64,000 nt of DNA from Gammaproteobacteria bacterium (GTDB taxonomy: Bacteria > Pseudomonadota > Gammaproteobacteria > Eutrophobiales > Eutrophobiaceae), in assembly GCA_012103475.1 (NCBI GenBank), contig WLWS01000002.1, forward strand, positions 618,081-682,080. The letters run 5' to 3'. Each line of letters starts with the position of its first letter. Within the stretch, counting starts at the first letter, position 1. The notes below the pieces were generated by a model. It did no database searches and had not been told where the DNA came from. It saw nothing but the letters and a program-made list of their open reading frames with translations. Below, piece by piece: positions 8,918 to 19,454 of this stretch. Both the position numbers and the translations under genes were made by a program.

Positions 8918-10549
8918 ATGCAGGGTTTAATTATGGATGTCCCCCTGACCATAACGTCGATTATGCAACATGCAGATTGTAACCATGGCGATCAGGAAAT
9001 AGTTTCGATAACGACTGACAATCCTCGGCATCGTTATACTTATGCGGAAGCTTTTCGCCGTACTCGTAAACTGGCAAATGCATTGAGTGAATACGGTATA
9101 AAGCCCTCAGATCGTATTGGCACTCTGGCCTGGAACGACTACAGGCATTTTGAACTGTATTTCGGAGTTGCCGGTATTGGGGCAATAACGCATACCATTA
9201 ACCCCAGACTTTTCCCCGAGCAGATAATTTACATAATCAATCACGCTGAAGATCGCCTAATTTTTGTTGATCCCTTTATTCTGCCTACTCTGGAAGCTAT
9301 TGCTGATCAGCTGATCCCTGTTGAAGCCTTTATCGTATTAACAGACGATGAAAATCTACCTTCATCGACACTCAAAAACATCATGAGTTACGAACATTTT
9401 ATCGGAACCTGTAAGGATGAATATTCCTGGCCAGATTTGGATGAGCGCAGTGCCAGTAGTCTGTGCTACACATCGGGGACGACCGGCAACCCGAAAGGTG
9501 TTCTTTATAGTCACAGGGCGAATGTCCTGCATTCTTATGCTTCCAATACCCCGGATGTCTTCAATTTTTCGACGGGTGATGCCGCAATGCCTGTTGTGCC
9601 AATGTTCCACGTCAATGCCTGGGGCATTCCCTATGCCAGTCCGATGGTCGGCGTAAAACTGGTTTTCCCGGGGCCTAAAATGGGCGACGGTGCCTCACTA
9701 CAGGCTCTAATTGAAGAAGAAAAGGTTACGTTTAGTGCTGGTGTCCCTACTGTGTGGCTGGCATTGCTAAATTATCTGAACGAATCGGGTAAATCTGTCG
9801 ATTCCTTAAAAAGAGTGATTATCGGTGGAGCAGCGTGTCCGGAGATGGTGATGCGTCAGTTTCTGGATAACTACGGAGTACATGTTCATCATGCCTGGGG
9901 AATGACCGAAACAAGCCCTCTTGGGACAGTCAACACCTTGAAAGCCCATATGGAAGATTTGCCGGATACGGAGCTGTATCGCATGAAGTTAAAACAGGGG
10001 AGAGCCTTGTATGGCATAGAAATGAAGATAGTCGATGATGATAATATTGAGCTAGCACGTGATGGAAAATCCTCTGGATTGTTGAAAGTAAGGGGGCCGT
10101 GGGTCTGCAGCGACTATTTCAAAATGGAAGGCAAGAATGATGTGCATGATCAGGATGGCTGGTTTGCGACCGGAGACGTCGCAACAATCGATTCCGATGG
10201 CTATATGCAGATTACCGATCGTTCAAAAGATGTGATCAAATCCGGGGGAGAGTGGATTAGCTCTATGGACCTCGAAAACGCAGCAGTTGGCCATCCGGAC
10301 GTGGTGGAGGCCGCCGTTATAGGGATATCTCATCCGAAATGGTCAGAGAGGCCTCTTCTGGTTATAGTCCGTAATCCAAACTCTGATTTGCAGGCAGAAG
10401 AGATAATTGACTGGCTCAAAGACAAAGTGGCTAAATGGTGGCTGCCAGACGCCGTTGAATTTGTTGATGAAATCCCTCATACCGCTACCGGAAAAATTCT
10501 GAAACTTGAATTGAGAAAACAATTTTCAGACTTTACATTCGATATATAA
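8918..10549 (+). CDS. AMP-dependent acyl-CoA synthetase (fatty-acid--CoA ligase family)
   Basis: 543 aa. AMP-binding motif [19 protein letters not shown], and a C-terminal GKILK. AGGAGA Shine-Dalgarno 7 nt before the ATG. Confidence 0.85.
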   Translation: MQGLIMDVPLTITSIMQHADCNHGDQEIVSITTDNPRHRYTYAEAFRRTRKLANALSEYGIKPSDRIGTLAWNDYRHFELYFGVAGIGAITHTINPRLFPEQIIYIINHAEDRLIFVDPFILPTLEAIADQLIPVEAFIVLTDDENLPSSTLKNIMSYEHFIGTCKDEYSWPDLDERSASSLCYTSGTTGNPKGVLYSHRANVLHSYASNTPDVFNFSTGDAAMPVVPMFHVNAWGIPYASPMVGVKLVFPGPKMGDGASLQALIEEEKVTFSAGVPTVWLALLNYLNESGKSVDSLKRVIIGGAACPEMVMRQFLDNYGVHVHHAWGMTETSPLGTVNTLKAHMEDLPDTELYRMKLKQGRALYGIEMKIVDDDNIELARDGKSSGLLKVRGPWVCSDYFKMEGKNDVHDQDGWFATGDVATIDSDGYMQITDRSKDVIKSGGEWISSMDLENAAVGHPDVVEAAVIGISHPKWSERPLLVIVRNPNSDLQAEEIIDWLKDKVAKWWLPDAVEFVDEIPHTATGKILKLELRKQFSDFTFDI

Positions 10550-10600
10550 AATATAGAAAGTACTTTATCTAAATAACATAATATATTGTTATATATGAAA

Positions 10601-11026
10601 TTAAAGGTTTTTTAATTGTTCTCTGCATGACGTTTCAAAAGCATCCAGTTCAGTCATAGTCAACTTCAAATCGTCAAGTTGTTGTTCCAGGCTTTGCCGC
10701 CTTTGTCTGGCTTTGACAAGAGCTACCTCCAGTTGAGCCTTTTCTCCCGGCTCAGAATCGTACAAATTCAACATATCGGCTATATCAGCCAGAGTAAAAC
10801 CCAATCGTTTACCTCTGAGAATCAGTTTCAATCGGGTGTAGTCTCGACCGGAATAAATCCTCTGGCGGCCAATTCGTTCAGGGCTGATTAGATGCTCATC
10901 TTCATAGAATCTGATAGCTCTTGTCGTTATGCCAAACTCTTTGGCTAATTCGGAGATCGTATAAGTCAGATCTTGGGTTTCTCCGTCATTTGCAATTTCA
11001 GGTTTTACAGGATTCAGTTTGAGCAT
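10601..11026 (-). CDS. MerR-family transcriptional regulator (LiuR-like)
   Basis: HTH YTISELAKEFGITTRAIRFYEDEHLI plus a C-terminal coiled coil. I prefer the ATG at 11026 (MLKLNPV...). The 25 extra codons in the track ORF are encoded by the palindrome/promoter region. Confidence 0.8.
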   Translation of the reverse strand: MLKLNPVKPEIANDGETQDLTYTISELAKEFGITTRAIRFYEDEHLISPERIGRQRIYSGRDYTRLKLILRGKRLGFTLADIADMLNLYDSEPGEKAQLEVALVKARQRRQSLEQQLDDLKLTMTELDAFETSCREQLKNL

Positions 11027-11033
11027 AATATGA

Positions 11034-11055
11034 TTGACGTTTACGTAAACGTCAA
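11034..11055. promoter_or_regulatory. 22-bp perfect palindrome TTGACGTTTACGTAAACGTCAA; candidate operator overlapping the icmF promoter
   Basis: Read directly and self-complementary over all 22 nt. Its left arm TTGACG (11034-11039) is followed after 16 nt by TATAAT (11056-11061), giving a near-consensus sigma70 promoter facing icmF. Confidence 0.55.
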
Positions 11056-11103
11056 TATAATAACCTAGTCTGAAACATTTGCAAATACTTCCGGAGAGCA
11101 ATT

Positions 11104-14100
11104 ATGTCGGCAACCTTATCAGTGCAGCCAAGTTCACCATTTGCCAGTGAGCAAAAAACCGAAAATATCAGGTTCATAACAGCAGCCAGTCTCTTTGATG
11201 GACATGATGCTGCAATCAATATTATGCGCAGGATACTGCAAGCATCTGGTGCAGAGGTCATACACCTGGCTCACAACCGTTCAGTCTCTGAAGTTATCGA
11301 CGCCGCCTTGCAGGAAGACGTACAGGGAATCGCCATTAGTTCTTATCAGGGTGGTCATATGGAGTATTTCAAGTACATGATAGATATGCTGCGAGAAAGT
11401 GGGGCCGCGCATATTAAGGTTTTCGGTGGTGGGGGAGGAGTCATCGTTCCAACCGAAATCGAGGAACTGCACAATTATGGGGTGACGAAAATATTTTCTC
11501 CGAATGACGGCCAGAAATTAGGACTTCAGGGTATGATTGATTCAATGCTGGAGCAGTGTTCTTTTGATTCTGATCTGCTTGTGCCTAAAACACTCAAAGA
11601 ACTAGGTTCGGGAGACAGATGTACCCTTGCTCGTGAAATAAGTGCTCTGGAAAATGATCATGTTGTTCAAACTGTGCGTGACGAAATCAGTAAAAGTGTA
11701 ACAGAATCAAGCAAAAAAACGCCTGTTTTAGGGATTACCGGCACCGGCGGGGCAGGCAAATCATCGCTTACTGACGAAATCATTCGACGCTTTCGAATTG
11801 ACGCTGAAGATCAGCTCAGAATTGCAATACTCGCTATAGACCCAACACGACGCAAAACCGGTGGGGCATTACTCGGTGATCGTATTCGAATGAACGCGAT
11901 CTATCATGAGAACATTTTTATGCGTTCGCTGGCAACGCGTGATTCAGTTTCGGAAGTTCCACCTTATCTACCAGACGTAATCAATGCCTGCAAGCTCTCT
12001 GGCTTTGATTTGATAATAGTAGAGACACCGGGTATTGGTCAGGGCGATGCGGGTATTGTCCCGTTTGTCGATACTTCATTATACGTAATGACACCTGAAT
12101 TCGGAGCGGCAAGTCAATTAGAGAAAATTGATATGCTTGATTTTGCCGATGTAATTGCGATCAACAAGTTTGACCGGAAAGGAGGAGAAGATGCTTTACG
12201 AGATGTAAGTAAACAGTTGCAGAGAAATCGTATGGCTTTTGAGCAATCCGTCGAAGAAATGCCGGTTTTTGGCACTATTGCGTCTAAATTTAATGATGAT
12301 GGCGTAACGGCCTTATATCAGGAAACACTCAGAACGCTACAATCCAAAGGACTTAAAGATTTTGATAACATACTACCCGTCCAGAGCGTAAAAACTTCCA
12401 GCGAAACCACGATTATTGTTCCTGCCGCAAGACAGCGTTATTTGGCGGAAATTGCCAGCTGCGTACGCGATTATCACGTCACTGTTAAAGAACAAGTGGT
12501 ATTTGCTAGAGAACGGCAGCAATTACAGGAAAGCCGGAGAATGCTGGCAAGCGAATCGAGTACGATAATCGATGAACTAGATAAGCTTATTGAAAAACGC
12601 TCGAATCAACTGGATTCTCGTGCCAGTAAACTTCTTGAAAACTGGCCACAGCAAAAAAAGGATTATAGTGGAGAGTTTTTTTTCAGCCAGAGTCGCGACA
12701 AAAAAGTCCGAACAAATTTGATAACGACGACTCTTTCGGGGACCAAAATCCCCAGAGTGATTTTGCCTGAGTATGAGGATGATGGAGAAATCTTGAAGTG
12801 GCTATTACTGGAAAACGTGCCTGGACGATTTCCTTTTACAGCTGGCGTATTTCCCTTTAAGCGAGAAGGTGAAGATCCGACACGCATGTTTGCCGGCGAA
12901 GGCGATCCCTTCCGTACGAATAAACGCTTTAAAAAATTATCCGAACATTCCAGTGCTAAACGACTGTCAACGGCATTTGATTCTGTAACACTCTATGGTT
13001 TCGATCCAGATGAACGTCCTGATATCTACGGCAAGGTAGGCAATGCCGGGGTCTCGATAGCAACGCTGGACGATATGAAAGCACTTTATGATGGCTTCGA
13101 TCTCTGTTACCCGGCAACATCTGTTTCGATGACGATAAATGGTCCGGCTCCGACCATACTGGCAATGTATCTCAATACTGCCATCGATCAACAAGTCGAA
13201 AAATTCATAGAAAAAAATGAATCAGAACCATCGGAAACTGAGCTTAAAGAAATCAGAGATTTTGCCTTAAGGAATGTTCGAGGAACGGTACAGGCTGATA
13301 TTTTAAAAGAAGATCAGGGGCAGAATACATGCATCTTTTCAACTGAATTCAGTCTGAAAATGATGGGCGATATCCAGCAGTATTTTATTGATGAGCAAAT
13401 CAGAAACTTTTATTCAGTTTCAATCTCCGGATATCACATTGCAGAGGCGGGGGCCAACCCAATCTCGCAATTGGCGTTTACGCTGGCTAATGGCTTTACT
13501 TTTGTCGAAGCTTATCTGGCCCGAGGTATGGATATTAATGATTTCGCTCCTAATCTGTCGTTCTTTTTTTCCAATGGTATGGATCCTGAGTACACAGTTC
13601 TTGGGCGCGTGGCGCGGCGCATCTGGTCGACTAGCATGCGATTTAAGTATGGTGCCAATGAAAGAAGCCAGAAATTGAAATACCACATACAAACATCCGG
13701 ACGGTCGCTGCATGCACAGGAAATGGCGTTTAACGATATTCGCACAACACTGCAAGCTTTGATCGCGATATATGATAATTGCAATAGCCTTCATACTAAT
13801 GCCTATGATGAAGCCATTACTACTCCAACTGAAGAATCTGTTCGTCGGGCGATGGCTATACAATTAGTTATAAATAAGGAATGGGGGCTTACCAAGAATG
13901 AAAACTCCAATCAAGGGGCTTTTATTATTGAAGAATTGACCAAGCTTGTTGAAGAGGCAGTATTGCAGGAATTTGAGAGGATATCTGAACGAGGAGGCGT
14001 TTTAGGCGCAATGGAGACCGGCTATCAGCGTGGCAAAATCCAGGATGAGTCGATGCTTTACGAACACAAAAAACACGACGGCAGCCTACCTGTTATTGGT

Positions 14101-14376
14101 GTGAATACTTTTCTTAATCCAGCTGAGCCTGAAAAATTCGAAATTGAACTGGCGCGTTCAACAGATTCCGAAAAACAAAGCCAGATTAAACGACTAGAAC
14201 AATTTAAAGATAAACATTCTGAATCATCTGTATCTGCGTTAGGTAAACTGCGTCAGGCAGCCATAAGTAATGATAATATTTTTGACGAATTAATGAACGC
14301 AGTACGCTGTTGCAGTCTGGGACAGATCACAGATTTGTTTTTTGAAATAGGCGGACAATATCGCCGAAATATGTGA
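11104..14376 (+). CDS. icmF: Fused isobutyryl-CoA mutase IcmF (B12-binding domain, MeaB-like G-protein, mutase catalytic domain)
   Basis: 1090 aa. N-terminal B12 domain ([10 protein letters not shown]), central P-loop GTGGAGKSS with INKFDRKG, and a C-terminal methylmalonyl-CoA-mutase-like barrel. Length and domain order match IcmF. Confidence 0.9.
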   Translation: MSATLSVQPSSPFASEQKTENIRFITAASLFDGHDAAINIMRRILQASGAEVIHLAHNRSVSEVIDAALQEDVQGIAISSYQGGHMEYFKYMIDMLRESGAAHIKVFGGGGGVIVPTEIEELHNYGVTKIFSPNDGQKLGLQGMIDSMLEQCSFDSDLLVPKTLKELGSGDRCTLAREISALENDHVVQTVRDEISKSVTESSKKTPVLGITGTGGAGKSSLTDEIIRRFRIDAEDQLRIAILAIDPTRRKTGGALLGDRIRMNAIYHENIFMRSLATRDSVSEVPPYLPDVINACKLSGFDLIIVETPGIGQGDAGIVPFVDTSLYVMTPEFGAASQLEKIDMLDFADVIAINKFDRKGGEDALRDVSKQLQRNRMAFEQSVEEMPVFGTIASKFNDDGVTALYQETLRTLQSKGLKDFDNILPVQSVKTSSETTIIVPAARQRYLAEIASCVRDYHVTVKEQVVFARERQQLQESRRMLASESSTIIDELDKLIEKRSNQLDSRASKLLENWPQQKKDYSGEFFFSQSRDKKVRTNLITTTLSGTKIPRVILPEYEDDGEILKWLLLENVPGRFPFTAGVFPFKREGEDPTRMFAGEGDPFRTNKRFKKLSEHSSAKRLSTAFDSVTLYGFDPDERPDIYGKVGNAGVSIATLDDMKALYDGFDLCYPATSVSMTINGPAPTILAMYLNTAIDQQVEKFIEKNESEPSETELKEIRDFALRNVRGTVQADILKEDQGQNTCIFSTEFSLKMMGDIQQYFIDEQIRNFYSVSISGYHIAEAGANPISQLAFTLANGFTFVEAYLARGMDINDFAPNLSFFFSNGMDPEYTVLGRVARRIWSTSMRFKYGANERSQKLKYHIQTSGRSLHAQEMAFNDIRTTLQALIAIYDNCNSLHTNAYDEAITTPTEESVRRAMAIQLVINKEWGLTKNENSNQGAFIIEELTKLVEEAVLQEFERISERGGVLGAMETGYQRGKIQDESMLYEHKKHDGSLPVIGVNTFLNPAEPEKFEIELARSTDSEKQSQIKRLEQFKDKHSESSVSALGKLRQAAISNDNIFDELMNAVRCCSLGQITDLFFEIGGQYRRNM

Positions 14377-14391
14377 ACCAGTCTTGGTCGT

Positions 14392-15576
14392 TTATTTTAC
14401 CAGCGAACCGAGATCGGCGAAGGCAGCAATAATCTTCTCTATTTGCTCGTCTGTGTGAGCAGCACTAACACTGCACCTGACCAGGCATTTTTTTCCAGGC
14501 GCTGCAGGAGGAAATACAAGGTTCACATAAACCCCGTGTTCCAGCAGGCCACGCCAGAAAGCAAGAGCTTGTTCTTTGGTATCCAGCATTACAGCAACAA
14601 CTGTGCTGATTTCAGGTCCTAGTTCATAATTCAGTTCGCTCAAACCCTCATACAGTTTTTGAGCATTGTTCCATAATTTCTTGCGTAGATGCTTTCCATC
14701 TCTAAGTATAGGCAGAGCCGCTCGCGTCGATGCAATTACCGAGGGTGAGGGGGATGCTGTAAAGACATAGGGTCTGCTGGCATAGCGTAGAAAATCAAGT
14801 TCAGGATGATTACTTGCACAATATCCACCTATGCTACCAAGACTTTTACTAAAGGTCCCAACCACGAAATCCACTTCATTCAGAACCCCACATTCTTCTA
14901 TGAGTCCCTGACCAGTCTCACCAAGCACACCCAACGAATGAGCCTCGTCAACCACAAGCAAACTGGAATATTTTTTCCTTACCTCTATTATCTCTTTTAA
15001 CGGAGCTCGATCACCGAGCATACTGTAAATTCCTTCAATAATGATGAGGGCATTGTTGGCGCGCTCGCCAAGGCGGGCAAGTCTTTTATCAAGATCTTCC
15101 GCGTTATTGTGGCGAAAACGGACAACATCCGCACCGCTTAGTTTACAACCGTCATAGATACTCGCGTGACAGTCAGAATCAATAACGATAACATCCCCAG
15201 CCTGCGTCAAACCTGAAATTACTGCGAGGTTAGCCTGATAACCTGTGGTAAATACAATGGCAGAACGCATCTGGTAAAACTCGGCCAGTTCTTTTTCAAG
15301 AGCCCGGTGTCCTGCGAAACTTCCGTTAGCCATTCGTGAGCCAGTGGTTCCCGTTCCCTGCTCATCAATAGCTTTGTGGGCAGCCTGCAGACATTCTGCA
15401 TTAAAAGTTAACCCTAGATAATTATTGGTACCGGCAAGTATGATTCGTCGCCCATCAATGCGAGCTTCTGTAGGAGAGTAAACTTCTTCTATGGGTGTGC
15501 CAAATGGATCAAAGCCGACTGATAACAACGCCTCTCTATCACTTGCCAGTGAGGAAAACTTATCGAAAAGGCTCAT
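14392..15576 (-). CDS. PLP-dependent alpha-oxoamine synthase, serine-palmitoyltransferase-like
   Basis: 394 aa. PLP-lysine region GTFSKSLGSIGGY and DEAHSLGVLGETGQG resemble bacterial SPT (GTFSKS.G..GG, DEAHS.G) more than BioF or Kbl. ATGA overlap with the upstream ACP gene. Confidence 0.85.
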   Translation of the reverse strand: MSLFDKFSSLASDREALLSVGFDPFGTPIEEVYSPTEARIDGRRIILAGTNNYLGLTFNAECLQAAHKAIDEQGTGTTGSRMANGSFAGHRALEKELAEFYQMRSAIVFTTGYQANLAVISGLTQAGDVIVIDSDCHASIYDGCKLSGADVVRFRHNNAEDLDKRLARLGERANNALIIIEGIYSMLGDRAPLKEIIEVRKKYSSLLVVDEAHSLGVLGETGQGLIEECGVLNEVDFVVGTFSKSLGSIGGYCASNHPELDFLRYASRPYVFTASPSPSVIASTRAALPILRDGKHLRKKLWNNAQKLYEGLSELNYELGPEISTVVAVMLDTKEQALAFWRGLLEHGVYVNLVFPPAAPGKKCLVRCSVSAAHTDEQIEKIIAAFADLGSLVK

Positions 15577-15827
15577 TCTGCTTTTGGTCCGAGTTCATGA
15601 ATTCGTTTGGCCATATCTGCGACTGTGCGGACATCAGCTAGCACATTCATAGGTATAGAAATATCAAATTCATCTTCAACTTCGAGCAGAAGATCCAATA
15701 CCTTAAAAGAGTCAAGGCCGAGACCATCAACCAGCTCGGTTGACTCATCAAATTCGGCATTGAGCTCGGCGACAGTTTCAAGTTGCTTGTTTAAGCGTCG
15801 AAGAACTTCATCATAACTTGCAGACAT
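15573..15827 (-). CDS. Dedicated acyl carrier protein
   Basis: 84 aa, acidic, with phosphopantetheine site LGLDSFKVLDLL. Translationally coupled to the SPT-like gene. Confidence 0.85.
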   Translation of the reverse strand: MSASYDEVLRRLNKQLETVAELNAEFDESTELVDGLGLDSFKVLDLLLEVEDEFDISIPMNVLADVRTVADMAKRIHELGPKAE

Positions 15828-15843
15828 ACAGTATTTTTCTTTT

Positions 15844-16761
15844 CTATAATTGCAATAAATCAGGTGTATTCATGGCATCCGCTAATGTTATTGTGGGCGA
15901 CCAGCCCAGTGTGTTTGTCAGTGGGTGATTGTCACACACCCAGTTTAAATGAGTAATTTCCCTGACTTTACCCGGAGTCAGCATCGGTGAGTAACCGAGC
16001 AGTCTGGACATCTTTAAGTTAATTTTCGCGAATACCTCTAACAGTGGAACAGGAATAGGAATTCTGACCACTGATTTCCCCCAGACCTGATTTGTTAATT
16101 GAATCAGGGTCTCCCAATTATAACCATTCAGACTTCCATCATCCAATTCATAAATTCCTCCTGGGAAAGATTTCTGTTCGAGCCACATTCTAATAGCCAC
16201 GACTAAATCATCTATATGCAGCAAACTGAATTGCGATTGCGTATCCGGGGCAGGCAAAAAACCAGCTTTTAGTGATTTCAGTAAAGGTTTTATTTCTTTA
16301 TCCCCGGGACCATATATGGCAGTCGGCCGAAAAATTGTGGTCAAAACATTATTCTTTCGGGTAATCAATTCCGCCTCTGCCAGTCTTTTGCTTTTTGCAT
16401 ACCAGGAAAGTTGTGGCTCTCTTGCCGCGAGTGAAGATATGTGCAGAAGACGAATACGGGTGTTCTTAGATTGACAGGCGTTTAACAAATTAATACTGCC
16501 TGTGTTGTTGATTGAAACGAATTCCTTCAGTGAACTACCACGTACCGCCCCGGCACAATGAATGACGGTATCGACATTTTCTACGAGAGCATTTAATTGG
16601 GGTAAAGAGTGGAGGTCTCCGACTATCCAGTGAAGATTTTCTGTATCTTGCTGTTGTTTTCTACTAAGGGCTTTTACCCGAAATCCATGCTGAAGTAGGT
16701 CAGCGAGAATGGTTTTGCCTATGAATCCCGTGGCTCCGGTAAGTGCCACATATCCGGGCAT
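15844..16761 (-). CDS. NAD(P)-dependent epimerase/dehydratase-family reductase (extended SDR; CerR-like candidate keto-reductase)
   Basis: 305 aa with an N-terminal Rossmann motif TGATGFIGK. It sits between the FAAL and ACP genes. Confidence 0.8.
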   Translation of the reverse strand: MPGYVALTGATGFIGKTILADLLQHGFRVKALSRKQQQDTENLHWIVGDLHSLPQLNALVENVDTVIHCAGAVRGSSLKEFVSINNTGSINLLNACQSKNTRIRLLHISSLAAREPQLSWYAKSKRLAEAELITRKNNVLTTIFRPTAIYGPGDKEIKPLLKSLKAGFLPAPDTQSQFSLLHIDDLVVAIRMWLEQKSFPGGIYELDDGSLNGYNWETLIQLTNQVWGKSVVRIPIPVPLLEVFAKINLKMSRLLGYSPMLTPGKVREITHLNWVCDNHPLTNTLGWSPTITLADAMNTPDLLQL

Positions 16762-16765
16762 GTGC

Positions 16766-18523
16766 TCAGGAACTAACCAAGCTCAGCTTGTGGTTTGCTT
16801 CCTGATTCCAGTCCGCTCTTTCCATAAAGCCCTTTCGTGCGGCTACCCGTGAGAGCTTACCTGAGGATGTTCTTGGCAGTGTATGTTGCTTAACGAGTTC
16901 GACAACACAGTGTATACCAAAGCTTTCATAAACAAGTCTCTGCAATATGGAAATCAACGATTGTCTTTCAGAGGTTTTTGAAATTCTGCACTCGACGACC
17001 AGAACGACAGTTTGTTCTTCTTCTGTATCTTCTATTCCAAAAGCAGAGGCATCGCCCATTCGAATCTCGGGTTGCTGTTCTGCAAGTTCTTCAAGATCCT
17101 GAGCTCTGATATTGCGTCCATTAACGATAATTACGTCTTTTCGGCGTCCGCTTAAATAGAGATTTTCTTTGAAGATGTAGCCCAGATCACCAGTATCCAG
17201 CCATCCGTCTGCGCAAAGTACGCTATCTGTGGCTTCCTGATTGTTGAGATATCCTTCCATCAGACTCGGCCCACGCATCAGCACTCGTCCAATACGTAGA
17301 TCAGGTTGCAGTTCACCTGCATCGTTAACAATTTTGATTTCATGTTCAGGAAGCGCTTTACCGCAATTAACAATAGAGTTAATTTTTCTATTGTCAGATT
17401 GCACTCGTACAGCAACGCCTCGTTCTGCCAGAGCAAGTGCATCAATTACCATGACATCAAGACCTTCGCCAAGCGGAGAGAACGAGGCTGCAAGTGATGC
17501 CTCCGCAAGACCATAGCAAGGCAAAAAGGCCTTATCACTAAAATCTGCTGGTTTCAGGACAGAAGCAAAGTTATCAAGAATGCTGGGGCGAATCATTTCA
17601 GCACCAACACCGGCGACACGCCAACAACTAAGATCCAATTCGGCAAAGTCAGACTCTCTAACACGACGAGCACACAGTTCGTAGCCAAATGGCGGGCTGA
17701 AAGCGATGGTACATCGATTACGACTGATTAACCTGAGCCACTGCAAGGGTCGGATCGCGAAATCTCGTGTACGGATATAATCGACGGTCAACTGCGATAC
17801 GATTGGCCCTAAAACGAAGCCAACCAGACCCATATCGTGATAGAAGGGCAACCATGAAGCACATCTATCCCCGTCTTGCACTTCCAGGCCGCTACGAACA
17901 ATACCCTGCAAGTTACTCATAATAGCCCGTTCGCTGATAACTACACCTTGCGGGAATCGGGTACTACCAGAGGTAAACTGTAAATAGGCAGGCTCGTCAG
18001 TGGAGTTCACAGTAAACTCGACGTCCGCTTTTTCGAGTTCTTCTAATTGTCTTGCAGTACCAACCCATTTGATGTGATCTACATCTGCAGCAGCTTCCTG
18101 AAGAAAACCCTCGAATTCTTCCGGTGCGATTGCAATTGATGCTTCACCGCCGCGAAGTAAGCCGGTTAATTGTTGTACATAAATTTTATGACTGCCTAAA
18201 TTGACCGGAACAGGCATCGCGTATGGTAATAAGCCTGCGTAGCGGCAGGCAAAAAACAATACAATAAAATCGGCTTCTGTATCTGCAATTAAGGCCACAC
18301 GTTCGCCTTTTGTAAGACCTAATTTTAAAAGTCTTTGTGCAGAATCTTGAGCCCTTTGCTGAAGTTTTTTATAGGTGAGTACGTCTCTAAGCTTTCCCCG
18401 TGCATCAAAAAAATTGCAACCGGTTACACCTGAGGCCGCGTAATCTAAAGCTTCAGTGAGCGTATCGAAATCTGCTAATCGCCTCGGCAGAGTATTTATA
18501 GTTTTTGTTACGTCTTCAATCAC
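16766..18523 (-). CDS. Fatty acyl-AMP ligase / acyl-ACP synthetase
   Basis: 585 aa with FTSGSTRFPQGVVISE (a FAAL-type variant of the AMP-binding motif), GWLDTGDLG and a GTG start. First gene of the four-gene operon. Confidence 0.85.
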   Translation of the reverse strand: MIEDVTKTINTLPRRLADFDTLTEALDYAASGVTGCNFFDARGKLRDVLTYKKLQQRAQDSAQRLLKLGLTKGERVALIADTEADFIVLFFACRYAGLLPYAMPVPVNLGSHKIYVQQLTGLLRGGEASIAIAPEEFEGFLQEAAADVDHIKWVGTARQLEELEKADVEFTVNSTDEPAYLQFTSGSTRFPQGVVISERAIMSNLQGIVRSGLEVQDGDRCASWLPFYHDMGLVGFVLGPIVSQLTVDYIRTRDFAIRPLQWLRLISRNRCTIAFSPPFGYELCARRVRESDFAELDLSCWRVAGVGAEMIRPSILDNFASVLKPADFSDKAFLPCYGLAEASLAASFSPLGEGLDVMVIDALALAERGVAVRVQSDNRKINSIVNCGKALPEHEIKIVNDAGELQPDLRIGRVLMRGPSLMEGYLNNQEATDSVLCADGWLDTGDLGYIFKENLYLSGRRKDVIIVNGRNIRAQDLEELAEQQPEIRMGDASAFGIEDTEEEQTVVLVVECRISKTSERQSLISILQRLVYESFGIHCVVELVKQHTLPRTSSGKLSRVAARKGFMERADWNQEANHKLSLVSS

Positions 18524-18752
18524 GGCCTTAATAACTCCGGACCAGATAAGAGTTCAAAATAGTGTGTATTCCTAATCCACATGAAACCCTTAGACCCAGT
18601 CTATTCTATAAATTTAAATTATCCTTCGCTTGAAAAATCCGCTGACCACAGGCAGTGGTCGAGCTCGCTTTCCCCCCCGGGAGGCGATCGCGACGCATCC
18701 TACACAATATCCAGCAAAAATGCATCAAAATCATGAAAATACCTGTTTTTCG

Positions 18753-19214
18753 TCATTTCCAGTTTGCAGGCAAAAAATCAGTAATCTTTTGATTCATTGC
18801 CTCACTTGTCTCATTTTTGCAGGCAAGGTCCGGAGGACCCGGCCAGGCTTTGTCTTCAAACTCAACCCCTTCAAAAACTTTTTTGTCTGCGTACCTCGGG
18901 ATAACATGAAAATGGACATCCGGATCGACCATCATTAGCATCAAGTAGTTCAATTTGTCGTAGTCGAATGTCTTTTTCAAACAAGTTTCAATATCAACCG
19001 TTACCTGTCCAAGTTCAGCAAAGCTGGCTGCACTTAAATCAGAGAAGGCTTTTACAGGCTCCAAAGCCGCTAAAACCAAGGCACCCAGAGTCGCTTGTTG
19101 AGGTCTTAACATGACAAGCCAGTGCTGATAGTGGTAAATACAGCTATCTGGCGCACCAAACTTCAACATTGTTGCGTTCAATGCTTGCGTGTCAAGATTA
19201 AGATTATCTGCCAT
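18753..19214 (-). CDS. HIT-family nucleotide hydrolase/transferase
   Basis: 153 aa. The histidine-triad region reads DVHFHVIPR: the first His is replaced by Asp, and the nucleophile-position His is retained. Confidence 0.75.
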   Translation of the reverse strand: MADNLNLDTQALNATMLKFGAPDSCIYHYQHWLVMLRPQQATLGALVLAALEPVKAFSDLSAASFAELGQVTVDIETCLKKTFDYDKLNYLMLMMVDPDVHFHVIPRYADKKVFEGVEFEDKAWPGPPDLACKNETSEAMNQKITDFLPANWK

Positions 19215-19454
19215 CTATATGAATAATATAATAAAAAAAATGGATTGCACTCAAATATTTTAAACACCTTTTAGCCTGCATTGCGGCGGAAACTTCATCC
19301 GTTCATTTGTCTTGAACCCGATTACCCTGGAACTGTGCTAACGTCGCTATTGTTCAGCGAGCCTGACATCGAGTCAGGGTTGGATAATATCTTTGTGGTA
19401 AAGTGTGATGCTTCGTCGGTAATATTGATAAATATAATAAGAACAAGGACTTAA

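Noticed and set aside
11027-11101. 25 extra N-terminal codons of the MerR regulator in the track ORF ([25 protein letters not shown])
   Set aside because: These codons are the translation of the palindromic operator and the icmF promoter. The MerR HTH begins shortly after the internal ATG at 11026.
13388-13863. Track ORFs inside icmF: 13388..13678 (+, alternative frame), 13420..13863 (-) and 13512..13784 (-), of 96, 147 and 90 aa
   Set aside because: They are embedded in the well-supported IcmF catalytic domain and have no motifs. They are typical shadow ORFs.
18661-18694. A cluster of 6-bp palindromes (GAGCTC, CCCGGG, CGATCG, TCGCGA) that resembles a cloning polylinker
   Set aside because: The flanks are continuous native intergenic sequence with no vector-like features. 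Short GC palindromes are expected by chance in a GC-rich stretch. I report the region only as a possible structured element.
18630-18938. 102-aa plus-strand ORF spanning the intergenic GC-rich island and the 3' end of the HIT gene
   Set aside because: It overlaps the HIT gene antisense, starts with a non-ATG codon in a region with no ribosome-binding site, and has an implausible composition.
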